Notes: generated by a model not told the origin, from the sequence alone. A stretch of DNA of 64,000 nt from Pseudomonadota bacterium (GCA_039187035.1 JBCCZS010000001.1:2284-66283); one strand, 5' to 3'; counted from the first letter of the stretch, positions 34,384 to 44,448 are shown. Numbers and translations are program-made.

Positions 34384-36531
34384 TTACAAAGCGACGTCGA
34401 CGGAGATGCCGTAGACGCGCCGCGGGCCGAGGGTCGCGCAGCAATCGAAATCGATTACGCCGTCGGCGTCGAAATCGAACGTATCCTGATAGACGAAGTA
34501 GTCCTCGTTGAAGGCGTTGTCGGCGAAGAGCATCACCATCAAGCCGTCGCCGCGCCACCCGCCGCGAAAGTTCGCGACGATATAGTCGCCCACGGGATCG
34601 GGCGGAAAGTTCTGGATGTCGCGGGAGAGATAGGCGTCGACATATTTCGCGTCGCCCCCGACGAAGAAGCCCGACGGCAAGACGTAGTTAAAGCCGCCGG
34701 CGATCGTCCAATTGGGCGCCTCCGGGAAGTCGGAGCCGGTGAGATCAAATTCCGTTGTGACGAATTCGTCAAACTCGGTCTCGACATAGCCGATCGAGGC
34801 GAAGGCGGACAATTCGGCCGTAATGTCGCCGCGCATCTCCAATTCAAAGCCGTAAAGGCTCGATTGCCCGGCGTTCGCCGTGATGACCGACTGAAAGTCG
34901 CCCGGTACGAGCTGCAATTCGACCTGCTGGTTCTGCCAGTCCGTATAGAAAGCGTTGGCGTTTACCGTCGCTTGGCCGTCGAAGAGTTCGCTGCGGAATG
35001 ACACTTCATACGTCCACGTTGTTTCTGCATCAAACGACGTAGCCGCCTCGGTCACAGGGTTGACGAAAACGCCGCCGGCGCGGAAGCCGCGCGCGGCCGT
35101 AAAGCCGATCGTGCGGTCCGGGAGGAATTCCCAGACGATCGAGCCCTTGGGAAGAAACTCGACGGAATCATCCGTTCCGCCGCCGATCGGAACGGCGGCG
35201 AGGGCGGGGTTGAAGGCGCCGGACGCCGCAAAGAGTTCCACGTCTTGCTCTTCATACTGAACGCGGCCGCCGGCGATAATGTCGACGGTCGGGAGGATCG
35301 GCCAGGTCGCCTCGCCGAATATCGCGACGTTGGTCGTGTCGATTTCTGCGGCCGTGGCGTTCGTGCTGCCGCCGCCGAAGAAGGTCGAGCGGCGGTTGAT
35401 GTCGCGCGTGTCCTCGGTCAGGTAGTAAAGGCCGGCGACCCACGAGACCGCATCTTCGCCCTTGTCGAAGTTCAGCAAGAATTCCTGCGTGATCAAACGT
35501 TGGTCGATCTCGCCGTTCGAGGTGAAGACCTCACCGGGCGTGCCTTCGTTGATCGAGGGTTTGTTGGTTTCCGAATAGGACGCCGTCGTCAGTGAGCGGA
35601 ACGACAGCGCGTCGGTCAGATCTTTCGTGACGTCGAACGAGAAGTTATGCGCCTCGCCTTCGCGATTATCTTGGAAGAAGGGTAGGCTGGCGTTCAGATC
35701 GCCGCGACGCGCGCTGTAGGGAAAGCCGAGCCCCGGGCCGGCGATATCGTCATAGTGCGGAGAATCGGCCGAGTAAGAATAAGTGAGCAGGCCGCTCCAC
35801 CCGGGAAGGGCGTCGGGCTCGATCAGAAGTTTGCCGCGGATCTGATAATATTCGTCGTCGATGAAGTTGTCGAAACGATCAAAGCCGCTATAGCCCTGAT
35901 AGTTGAGATCGCTCTCTTCGGTCTGGAATTCGGCGGCGATCCGAAACGCGATTTGGTCGTCGAGGATCGGCCCGCCGAACGCGACGCCCGCTTGCCAGGT
36001 TTCGAGCGTGCCGACCGTCAGGTTGGCTTGCGCTTCCCATTCGTAGGTCGGGTTGTTGGTGGTGACGTAAATGGCGCCGGCGAGCGCGGCGCGTCCTGAA
36101 AGCGTCGATTGCGGGCCGCGATAGACCTCAATTTGCGACACGTCCCAGGCGCCGCGCGCGCCGCGCCTCGCGCCTTGGACCGTTTGCTGGGCGCCGTCGA
36201 TGTAAAGCGCCGCGAGCGGGCTGCCGCCCGGCGTCAGCCCTTCTGAGTTGACGCCGCGAATGATGAAGCCCGCGTCCGACCAGTCGGCGTCGAGAATGTT
36301 CGCCGAGACGCGGAAGGCGTCACGAAAGCTCTGGATACCGAGTTCGCGAATTTGCTCTTCGGAAACGACCGCGACGCTCGCTTGCGTATCTTGCAAGGTG
36401 CGGCCCCGTTTCTCGCCGAAGACGATAATTTCGTCGTCCTCGATTTCCTCGACCGGTTGCGCGAGCGCGGCGCCGGCCGAGCACAGAACGGCGAGCGCGC
36501 TCGCCCCTAATAGAATCCCTTTGAACGTCAT
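34384..36531 (-). CDS. TonB-dependent receptor
   Basis: Signal MTFKGILLGASALAVLCSAGAALAQ, plug motifs (IEVYRGPQSTLSGRAALAGAIYV), and a beta-barrel. Confidence 0.9.
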   Translation of the reverse strand: MTFKGILLGASALAVLCSAGAALAQPVEEIEDDEIIVFGEKRGRTLQDTQASVAVVSEEQIRELGIQSFRDAFRVSANILDADWSDAGFIIRGVNSEGLTPGGSPLAALYIDGAQQTVQGARRGARGAWDVSQIEVYRGPQSTLSGRAALAGAIYVTTNNPTYEWEAQANLTVGTLETWQAGVAFGGPILDDQIAFRIAAEFQTEESDLNYQGYSGFDRFDNFIDDEYYQIRGKLLIEPDALPGWSGLLTYSYSADSPHYDDIAGPGLGFPYSARRGDLNASLPFFQDNREGEAHNFSFDVTKDLTDALSFRSLTTASYSETNKPSINEGTPGEVFTSNGEIDQRLITQEFLLNFDKGEDAVSWVAGLYYLTEDTRDINRRSTFFGGGSTNATAAEIDTTNVAIFGEATWPILPTVDIIAGGRVQYEEQDVELFAASGAFNPALAAVPIGGGTDDSVEFLPKGSIVWEFLPDRTIGFTAARGFRAGGVFVNPVTEAATSFDAETTWTYEVSFRSELFDGQATVNANAFYTDWQNQQVELQLVPGDFQSVITANAGQSSLYGFELEMRGDITAELSAFASIGYVETEFDEFVTTEFDLTGSDFPEAPNWTIAGGFNYVLPSGFFVGGDAKYVDAYLSRDIQNFPPDPVGDYIVANFRGGWRGDGLMVMLFADNAFNEDYFVYQDTFDFDADGVIDFDCCATLGPRRVYGISVDVAL

Positions 36532-37037
36532 CGGTCACCCCTGGTTGCGATTATACAAGCTCCGAGATATTGTATACGATCATTCGCGTGCAGTGCAGCA
36601 AGAAATTAACCCTGCAGCGAATGACATGCAATCGCAAGAGTTTGGTGCGGTTTCTTTATTCGTTTCCGCACGCGCCGCGCGCGCCGTAACTCAGTAGACG
36701 AACGATTGTTTCGCGCGCCCTCCTTGGCGGAGCGGCGGTCCCGCACTCTTCTCTAAGGGCACATCTATGCGGGCGGACCGGGCAGGCGGGTCTCGGAAAA
36801 AAGCGTTCGTCGCGCGACCGCGCGTCTTTTAGGGGGCGCGCGACTGCATGTCGGCGGTAATGGCCGATTGCCAAAGGCCGCCGTTCGCCTACAGTCCTTG
36901 AGATTCACTCGCAACAGCCGGCGGCGCCGGGGTTTGGGATTGGCGAGCATGGCCTGGCGCGACGCCGGCATATCGAACGAACCGTCGGCGTTGACGCCCG
37001 ATCGCCCGCGATTTTCACGCGATCGAGGCGCGTCGCC

Positions 37038-37670
37038 ATGAGCGAGGCGCGACGCTTAAAGCGCGGTGGCGGCGCCGCGGCGGACGCCGGCGCCCCGCCG
37101 CAGGCCGAGGCCCCAGCGATCGGGGCCCCAGCCATTGACGACCACGGCGGGGCCGCAGACCGCAACCGGGTCACCGCCCTTTACAGCGATTACGCCGCCC
37201 AACTGTCGGCGACCCTGCGCAGCATTTATGGCGACGGGCCGCCCGATCCCGACGACGTCGCCCAACAGGCGTTCCAAAATGTAATGGAGCGCGGCGACAT
37301 CGGATCGGTCAAAAACCTCAAAGCGTTCGTTTGGCGCACGGCCCGCAACCTGATCTTCAAAGCGCACCGAACCCGCGAAACGCGGGCGCGATACGATTAT
37401 GAGATCGATCAGCTGTTTTTTCCGCTCCGGACCGACGAACTGACCCCTGAAAGGATCATAGTAGCAAGAGAGCAATTGCAGGCGATCAACCGGGCGTTGC
37501 TGGAGATGCCGCCCAAGCGACGGCGCGCCTTCCTCCTGCACCGGTTGCACGGGCTGACGGTGTCCGACGTCGCCCGAAGGCTAGGCGTGAGCCGGTCGAC
37601 GGCGGACGAGCACATCGTCCGCGCCGCGACCGAAATCAACAGGCTCCTCCTCGATATGACGGAGACATGA
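37038..37670 (+). CDS. ECF (FecI-type) RNA polymerase sigma factor
   Basis: Sigma-70 region 2 (DDVAQQAFQNVME...) and region 4 (LEMPPKRRRAFLLHRLHGLTVSDVARRLGVSRSTADEHI). The exact start is uncertain. Confidence 0.85.
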   Translation: MSEARRLKRGGGAAADAGAPPQAEAPAIGAPAIDDHGGAADRNRVTALYSDYAAQLSATLRSIYGDGPPDPDDVAQQAFQNVMERGDIGSVKNLKAFVWRTARNLIFKAHRTRETRARYDYEIDQLFFPLRTDELTPERIIVAREQLQAINRALLEMPPKRRRAFLLHRLHGLTVSDVARRLGVSRSTADEHIVRAATEINRLLLDMTET

Positions 37671-38737
37671 GCATGCCGGATACATCCAGCCGTTTCGACG
37701 CGGACGACGTTCTCTACGTCGCCCACAAATGGCGGTCGCTGCTCAACAGCCCCGATGCGACGGACGCGGATCGCGCGCGTTTCGAGGCGTGGATTGACGC
37801 CGATCCGCGGCACGCGGACGTCTTCGGCCAAGCCGTCACCTTTTGGGAGGCGTTCGGACACGTATCGCAAAGCGATCTCGACCCGGAAACGCTGAAGCCG
37901 GTCGTTCGCGAACGGATCGCGCACTTTGTCGGGGCCGTGGCGGCGGTCGCCGCGACGCCGGCGGTACGCGTCGCGAGGGCGGCCGCGGTCGGCCTCGTAA
38001 TCGTCGGCGCCGTCGTGCTCAACGGCGTCGGCGCGCCGCGAATGGCGGCGGCGCCCGTCGTCGCGGCCTATTCAACGGCGAAAGGCGCAGTGAAGTCGGT
38101 CGCCCTCAACGACGGGTCGACGATCACCATGGGGCCTGAGACCAGCCTCGAGGCGACCTATTCCGCTAACGCGAGACGCATTCGGCTCACGACGGGCGCG
38201 GCGTATTTCGACGTGGCGCGCGACGCGGCGCGGCCGTTCTCGGTGGAAGCCGGCGACTTGGAGGTGGTGGCGCTGGGCACCGCGTTCGACGTGCGCGGCG
38301 GCGACCGGGTCTGGCGCGTCGCGGTGGCGGAAGGCGCGGTCGACGTCGCGTATCCGCCGGCCACCGATGGGGCGACCGACGAGACGCTCGGCGCGCAGGC
38401 GACGTCGAGAAACCTGTCCGCAGGGGAACAGATCGCCGCGACGCGCACGCGCGGCTTGTCCGAGGTGAGCCCCATCGCGCCCGTCGACGTCGGGGCCTGG
38501 CGATCCGGCCGACTATTCTACGACGGCGCGTCGCTCCGCGAGGTGGTGTCGGACCTCAACCGATACTCCGAGACGCCCATAATGATCGACGACGGCGGCG
38601 AGGGAATCGCCGACCTTCGCTTACGCGGCGGTTTCCGCGCCGACGATATCGACGGCTTGCTCAACGCGACGGCGTTCATTCACCCCGTCACGATCGATCG
38701 CAGCGATCCCGACGTCGTCGTGATCCGCGCGCGCTGA
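37667..38737 (+). CDS. FecR-family anti-sigma / transmembrane sensor
   Basis: ATGA overlap with the sigma gene. N-terminal RFEAWIDADPRHA, a single TM segment, and a FecR domain (VALGTAFDV...). Confidence 0.85.
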   Translation: MSMPDTSSRFDADDVLYVAHKWRSLLNSPDATDADRARFEAWIDADPRHADVFGQAVTFWEAFGHVSQSDLDPETLKPVVRERIAHFVGAVAAVAATPAVRVARAAAVGLVIVGAVVLNGVGAPRMAAAPVVAAYSTAKGAVKSVALNDGSTITMGPETSLEATYSANARRIRLTTGAAYFDVARDAARPFSVEAGDLEVVALGTAFDVRGGDRVWRVAVAEGAVDVAYPPATDGATDETLGAQATSRNLSAGEQIAATRTRGLSEVSPIAPVDVGAWRSGRLFYDGASLREVVSDLNRYSETPIMIDDGGEGIADLRLRGGFRADDIDGLLNATAFIHPVTIDRSDPDVVVIRAR

Positions 38738-38872
38738 ACCGACGGGGCGGCGGCCCGCCGTCGATTGCAGAATTCATCCCCGCATCGCCCGGTAAATCCG
38801 ATCGGTCAGGAGTCATAGGATCGGAGAAGCGAACGCGAGCCGTTCGCGGGGCTTAGCGTCTAGGGGTATGAA

Positions 38873-41449
38873 ATGGGGCTGACTGTCCGTAACCGCCGGG
38901 CGACGTCCGCGCTGTGCAGCGTCGCGTCGTGTCTGGCTTTAGCGACGGCGACGCCCGCCGCCGTCGCGCAAGAACCCGTCGATGCGGCCGCCGCCGCGCC
39001 AATCGACATTCCGGCGGGGCCGTTGGGAAATGCGATCAACAGCATCGTCCGGATTTACGGCGTCAACGTGCTCGTCGATGAATCCCTCGTCGAAGGACGC
39101 GACGCGCCGGCCGTTTCCGGCGAATTGACGATCAACGGCGCGCTTGATGCGCTGCTCGCCGGCTCGGGCCTCGAGGCGACATACCTCACGGACGGAACCG
39201 TCGTTATCGCCCGACAACGCGCCGCGACGGACGCCGATGCGCCCGTCGACGCCGAGGTCCGAACCGCCGATACGATCGTCGTGACCGGCCAAAAGCGCGA
39301 ACGCACGCTCCTGGAAAGCGACGTGTCGGCGACGGTGCTCGGCGCCCGCGATATCGAGGAGTTGCGCCTTCGCGACATCCGCCGGCTCGACGACGTCGTC
39401 CCCAACGTGCAGTTCGCCCAGGGCAGCCAGGTGAGCCCGGTGTTCGCCTCGATCCGGGGCATTGAATCAAACCCCGCCATCGTCAACCGCGCCGCCATTT
39501 ACATCGACGGCGTGCCGTTTCGCGAGTTGAGCAACGCGGTGCTCGACCAGATTGAATCGATCGAGGTTCTGCGCGGCCCGCAATCGACGCTCTACGGCGC
39601 CAATAGCGAGGCGGGGCTGTTCATCATCAACTCCCGGCAGCCGACCGAGGCGTTTGAAGCCGAATTTCGCGCCGACGCGTCTGCTTATAATGGCGACTAC
39701 GCCTATAATTTCAGCGGATTTGCGGGCGGGCCGCTGATCGAAGACACGCTCTTCGGTTCGGTCGTCGTCAGCTACACGAACGAGGACTCGTTCTTACAAA
39801 ATCCGTTCGCGCCCGAGGTCTCCACGGCTGAAATACGAGATACGTTCGTCCAGGGGCGGCTCACCTTCACGCCGAACGACAGCCTAACGATTAAAGCGAC
39901 AGCCTACTATCTCGATGTCGAGGCGCCGGGCTTGTATGAAGGGGCGTTCGCGCCCATCGACACTGCGGCGTTTGACGACAACATCGCCTTCGATCCGTTC
40001 ACGCAGCAAGTTCTCGGGCCGTATATCGACGTCTTCCACGAGGGTCGCGAAATCGGCGATTGGGAGTTCTTCAGCGACACCGATCAATTGACCGAAGAGC
40101 GCGACGTCGTCGCCGGGTTCAGCCTGACCCAGGACGTGGGCGACGGCAAGATCGACCTTGCGGCGTCCTATTCAAATCTTGATGCGGACAGTTTTGGACT
40201 TGATATCGACTTCTCGGCCTTCCCGCTCCAGGTCGGCTTCGCCAATGACGAGTTGACGGTCTGGTCCGGCGAGCTTCGTTACACGTCCCCCGACAGCGAC
40301 GTTTTCGAATACATCGTAGGCGTCTCTTTCTACAAGGACGAACGCGTTAGCGAGCGAAACGTGACCTTCGCCGACCCGTTCAACGGCGGGTTCTTGCCGT
40401 TTGACGAAATCCCGGAATTGTTCGCCGAGAGCGAAGATTACGCCGTGTTCGGATCGGGGAGTTTCGGCTTAGGGGCGCCGGGGCTTAAAGGGACGATCGG
40501 GCTGCGTTACGACAACGCGACCCGGCGCGCGAGCCAGGAGGGCTATGAAGTCACGTTCGGTCAGCAGACGCTCTTTTTGTTGGACGCGGAAGGCGAGACG
40601 ACCTTCGAGCAATGGTTGCCGCGGTTTTCCGTGAACTACGAAGCGAGCGACCGGTTCAGCGTTTTTGCAAGCGCGTCGCGCGGATACATTCCCGGGGGGT
40701 TCAACATCGCGGCGTCGGCTGATCCGACCGTTGCGGAGGATATCTTCCGCTTCGACGAAGAGAAGATCTGGAATTATGAGATCGGCGTGAAGACCATTTT
40801 TCCGGACGGCCGCGGGTACCTCAACGCCGCCGTCTTTTACATCGAGTCCGACGGGTGGCAGGAAGTGCAGCTTCTAACGGACCCGGTCACGGGATCGATT
40901 ACGACGCCCACGTTTTTGTCCGCCGACGCCGACATCGTCAGCAAGGGTTTTGAAATCGAAGGGGTTTATCGCCCGATCAACAATCTCAAAATCAGCGCAA
41001 GCTTCGGATATACCGATGCGGAGTATCGAAACTTCGACTTCGAGGTCGGCGCGCGGGGGCAAATCGCTCAGATTGAAGATCTGAGCGGCGCCGGGGTGAA
41101 ACTCGTTCCGGAATATGACCTCAACGTGTCCGCGCTCTATGAATTTAGTTGGGGCGGTTATGTCCGCGGCGAAATCAACGGCCAGGGCGACATGCCCTTG
41201 GAGGAACGCACGCGCGAAATCGACCCGTTCGCCGATCGGGCGGTGCAAGAAGCGGTGACGCGCTTTAATCTCTACGCCGGTTATGAAACGGCCGGATATT
41301 CCCTTTCCGTCTTCGCTGAAAATATCACCGACGAACGCGTCGTTTCCGGCCTGGCGTTTCAAAACCTCTTCTTCGGGAATGACGGCACGTTTTACGGCCC
41401 GCTCGACGCCCCGCGGGTCGTGGGCGTCGAAGTCGAGGCGCGTTTTTAG
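38873..41449 (+). CDS. TonB-dependent transducer (receptor with N-terminal STN signalling domain)
   Basis: IDIPAGPLGNAINSIVRIYGVNVLVDESLVEGRDAPAVSGELTINGALDALLAGSGL before the plug. Terminal VEVEARF. Confidence 0.9.
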   Translation: MGLTVRNRRATSALCSVASCLALATATPAAVAQEPVDAAAAAPIDIPAGPLGNAINSIVRIYGVNVLVDESLVEGRDAPAVSGELTINGALDALLAGSGLEATYLTDGTVVIARQRAATDADAPVDAEVRTADTIVVTGQKRERTLLESDVSATVLGARDIEELRLRDIRRLDDVVPNVQFAQGSQVSPVFASIRGIESNPAIVNRAAIYIDGVPFRELSNAVLDQIESIEVLRGPQSTLYGANSEAGLFIINSRQPTEAFEAEFRADASAYNGDYAYNFSGFAGGPLIEDTLFGSVVVSYTNEDSFLQNPFAPEVSTAEIRDTFVQGRLTFTPNDSLTIKATAYYLDVEAPGLYEGAFAPIDTAAFDDNIAFDPFTQQVLGPYIDVFHEGREIGDWEFFSDTDQLTEERDVVAGFSLTQDVGDGKIDLAASYSNLDADSFGLDIDFSAFPLQVGFANDELTVWSGELRYTSPDSDVFEYIVGVSFYKDERVSERNVTFADPFNGGFLPFDEIPELFAESEDYAVFGSGSFGLGAPGLKGTIGLRYDNATRRASQEGYEVTFGQQTLFLLDAEGETTFEQWLPRFSVNYEASDRFSVFASASRGYIPGGFNIAASADPTVAEDIFRFDEEKIWNYEIGVKTIFPDGRGYLNAAVFYIESDGWQEVQLLTDPVTGSITTPTFLSADADIVSKGFEIEGVYRPINNLKISASFGYTDAEYRNFDFEVGARGQIAQIEDLSGAGVKLVPEYDLNVSALYEFSWGGYVRGEINGQGDMPLEERTREIDPFADRAVQEAVTRFNLYAGYETAGYSLSVFAENITDERVVSGLAFQNLFFGNDGTFYGPLDAPRVVGVEVEARF

Positions 41450-41870
41450 GCGCCTTCCCGAGAAACGCCGTCCGTAAACCGCCCGGGTCGCCCGCCGCTG
41501 AGCCGGCGGCGGGCGGCGGCGATGTCGTCGCCGTCGCACGGCGCGCCATAACCCTGTCGCGGACCGATTGTCGGCGCTGCTCGCCCCGGCCCGTTGCGGG
41601 CGGAGACCGGCGTCTTCCCGCCTGCGCGCCCGAAACGACGCGTTGTCCCGTCAATACGCCGACAATTTCGCCGCGGTCTGTCGACGCCGGCGGGGATATG
41701 CCCTAAGCATTTATGCAATTGTGAGGCATTCTCAGATCAAGCGGTTCGCGACGGCGCGCCCGAAACGCCCGCGGGGAAGACGTAACGGGCGCCTGCGCCG
41801 TCGCATTCTCGGCGACGCGCGCGTTCATGCGCACGCGCGGATCGTCGGCGCGGCGGCCTGCGAAGGACCG

Positions 41871-41915
41871 CGCCCGATCCGTTTGCGCCCGATCCATTTG
41901 GGCCCGACCGGTTTG
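41871..41915. repeat. Three tandem 15-bp direct repeats
   Basis: CGCCCGATCCGTTTG / CGCCCGATCCATTTG / GGCCCGACCGGTTTG, read directly. They lie 168 nt upstream of the flavoprotein ATG. Confidence 0.9.
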
Positions 41916-42082
41916 CGACGACTGCGGATTATCGGCGGAGACGGAATAAGCAGCGTTCAACGCGCCGCTCGCCGCCGATGCCCCTGCGCGAGGCTTCACG
42001 ATCGGCCCATGCGTCGTATAGCCTTCGGGCGAATTTCGGATCCGCGTCGCGCGCTCGGGCGAACAACAGTAAAGCTGCACCC

Positions 42083-43150
42083 ATGACCATACATCCCGTT
42101 ATCATAGTGGGCGCCGGGCCGGCCGGCGTCGGCGTCGCCTCGCTTCTGTCGCAATGCGCGATTCCCGCCCTGATTTTGGAACGAGGCGTGGTCGGTCAGA
42201 GCTTGCTGGATTGGCCGAAGGAGACGCGCTTCATTTCGCCGTCGTTCACCGGGAATTTCTTCGGCGCGGTCGACTTGAACGCCGTCACGCCGGGAAGCTC
42301 GCCCGCCTTCGGGTTGCAAGCCGAACACCCTTCCGGCCGTCAGTATACAAAATACTTAAGCGATTTGGTCGAACATTACGGCTTGAAGATCGACGAAGGC
42401 GTCGACGTCGAAGACGTTGACGTGGAGGACGACGGGCTCATTACGCTCTCCACAAACGAAGGCGAGGTGCGCTGCCGGGTGCTGATATGGGCCGGCGGCG
42501 AATTTCAGTATAAAAAGACGATCCCCGGCACGGTGCGCGTCGGCTCGTCGTACAAAGATATTCCCGTCGGACGCCACGTCATTATCGGCGGTGCGGAAAG
42601 CGGCATGGAGACGGCCTATAATCTGGTCAAATACGGCTCCACCGTCAGCGTCATCGACCCCGCCGCGCCTTGGGCCAAGCGCGTCAGCGATTCAAGTTAC
42701 GGGCTGAGCCCCTTCACCTTCGCGCGCGTGCGTTCGTTGCAGAAGGGCGGACAAGCCGAGTTCTTTGCAGAATTCGCCGAACATATCGGCGAAACTGAAG
42801 TGCGGACGAACAACCGCGTGTTCAATCTGGAACATCCGGCGATAGACGCGACCGGTTTCGACATTCGCCAAAGCCTCGCCGGAAAGCTCTTCGATTTTTC
42901 CGACGGCTACCCCGCGCTAACCGATCGCGACGAAAGCACGAAACATAAGAACGTCTATCTCGTCGGCCCGAACGTGCAGCACGAGAAGGCGATCTTCTGC
43001 TTCATCTACAAATACCGCCAGCGCTTCGCCGTCATCGTGCGCGAGATTTTGAGCCGTTGGGGCGAACAAAGTTCGGTTATCGACGAATACGCGGCCTCTA
43101 ATTTTCTGCTCGATGATTTGAGCTGCTGCGACGGGGAATGCGAATGCTAA
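42083..43150 (+). CDS. NAD(P)/FAD-dependent oxidoreductase with Cys-rich C-terminal tail
   Basis: VIIVGAGPAGVG and a second dinucleotide motif VIIGGAESGMETA. It ends ...LLDDLSCCDGECEC. Confidence 0.8.
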   Translation: MTIHPVIIVGAGPAGVGVASLLSQCAIPALILERGVVGQSLLDWPKETRFISPSFTGNFFGAVDLNAVTPGSSPAFGLQAEHPSGRQYTKYLSDLVEHYGLKIDEGVDVEDVDVEDDGLITLSTNEGEVRCRVLIWAGGEFQYKKTIPGTVRVGSSYKDIPVGRHVIIGGAESGMETAYNLVKYGSTVSVIDPAAPWAKRVSDSSYGLSPFTFARVRSLQKGGQAEFFAEFAEHIGETEVRTNNRVFNLEHPAIDATGFDIRQSLAGKLFDFSDGYPALTDRDESTKHKNVYLVGPNVQHEKAIFCFIYKYRQRFAVIVREILSRWGEQSSVIDEYAASNFLLDDLSCCDGECEC

Positions 43151-44172
43151 GCGCGCCGTTGCAGACCGCGGCGGATTTCATGTCCGGGCGCGGCTCGTTG
43201 ATCGCTTTGATTGCGGCGATCCTCTTCGGCTCGGCGTTCGGCATGGCGCGCCCCGAGGCCGGCGCCGCGCTTGCGGGCAATATCGACGCCACAATTTTGT
43301 TGCTCGTCTTTTTGCTGCTTTTTGAAGTGCGGATCGAGAATATCGTGTCGAGCCTCAACCGCGCCGGGTTTATCGGCGCGGCGTTGGTCGCCAACTTCAT
43401 CATCATTCCCGTGCTCGGATTTGCGATCGCGTCGGTCTTCCTTGCCGGGCGCCCGCTGTTCGCCGTCGGTCTCGTGATTTATTTCATGGCCCCGTGTACG
43501 GACTGGTTTTTGGGCTTCACGCGGCTTGCGAAAGGCAACACCGCGCTCGGCGCCGCGCTGTTGCCGATCAACATGATCGTCCAGCTTCTGCTGTATCCGT
43601 TCTATCTGCAGCTCTTCGGAATCGACGCGGTTGAAAAGAGCGCGGGCGCCGTCTTTCAGACGTTAGGCCAATGGTTCCTCGCCCCGCTCGTCGCGGCGGC
43701 CGTTTTCCGTTTTTTGGCCGACCGGCTTTTCTCCGAGCGTTTGGCTCAACAGGTTCAATCCGCCGTTTCGATCGTTGTGCCGGTGTTGTTGGCGGTTTTG
43801 GTCGGCCAGATCGCCGCCGCCAATATTGAGACGTTGACGGCGAACGTCGGCGTTTTCCCGCTTATCCTCGGTGCAATCTTTCTCTTCTTTGTACTGACCT
43901 ATTTCTTGAGCGAAGCGATTTCGAAGCTCATGCGGTTGCGCTACGAGGATCGCGTGCTCATGACGATGACGACCGCCGCCCGCAACGCGCCGCTCATGCT
44001 TGCGCTGACGATCGCGGTGATCCCCGATCAGCCGACGATCTACGCGGCCATCGTTATCGGCATGCTTATCGAGCTCCCGCATTTGGTGGCGTTGAAGACG
44101 ATCCTCGTGCGCCGCCGCGCGGCGACGGACGCCGCCGTCGCGACGTTCGGCGGGGAGCCCTTGGCCCGGTAA
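43138..44172 (+). CDS. ACR3/BASS-fold permease (arsenic-resistance-protein-like)
   Basis: About 10 predicted TM helices. Region VGLVIYFMAPCTDWFLGF with a membrane-embedded Cys. 13-nt overlap with the upstream gene. Confidence 0.7.
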   Translation: MRMLSAPLQTAADFMSGRGSLIALIAAILFGSAFGMARPEAGAALAGNIDATILLLVFLLLFEVRIENIVSSLNRAGFIGAALVANFIIIPVLGFAIASVFLAGRPLFAVGLVIYFMAPCTDWFLGFTRLAKGNTALGAALLPINMIVQLLLYPFYLQLFGIDAVEKSAGAVFQTLGQWFLAPLVAAAVFRFLADRLFSERLAQQVQSAVSIVVPVLLAVLVGQIAAANIETLTANVGVFPLILGAIFLFFVLTYFLSEAISKLMRLRYEDRVLMTMTTAARNAPLMLALTIAVIPDQPTIYAAIVIGMLIELPHLVALKTILVRRRAATDAAVATFGGEPLAR

Positions 44173-44226
44173 AGCCGGCGCAACGAATGTCCTCGCAGCC
44201 GAGGAACAGCTTGGAGGTTAGGCGCC

Positions 44227-44448
44227 ATGATCTCAGATCAACGATCATTTGAGACGTATGACGACTGGAAGCACTGCATCACCGTGTTGTGCGGCATCCC
44301 GCTCACCGCGCCTTACATACAAGACCGCCTGCAAACGCTTCGCGATCCTTCGGACTACGGAACGCAGAAATTCATCGCCACCTGGGGCGAGGGGCATCTT
44401 CAGCGCGTTATCGGTTGGTTCGAACAGGCCGAGCGCGACTATCGATAG
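44227..44448 (+). CDS. Small hypothetical protein (73 aa)
   Basis: GGAGG RBS and an ATG 54 nt after the permease. Non-Arg-rich composition, unlike the spurious ORFs. I recognise no family. Confidence 0.55.
   Translation: MISDQRSFETYDDWKHCITVLCGIPLTAPYIQDRLQTLRDPSDYGTQKFIATWGEGHLQRVIGWFEQAERDYR

Noticed and set aside
38791-38830. ECF (FecI/PvdS-type) promoter upstream of the STN transducer, based on GGTAAAT about 80 nt before the ATG.
   Set aside because: Only a -35-like element is visible. I could not find a convincing -10 (CGT/TCGT-like) at 16-17 nt spacing.
41568-42086. 172-aa ORF filling the gap upstream of the flavoprotein gene.
   Set aside because: Its composition is extremely Arg-rich. 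It contains the 15-bp tandem repeats as RPIRLRPIHLGPTGL, has no RBS, and has no recognisable family.
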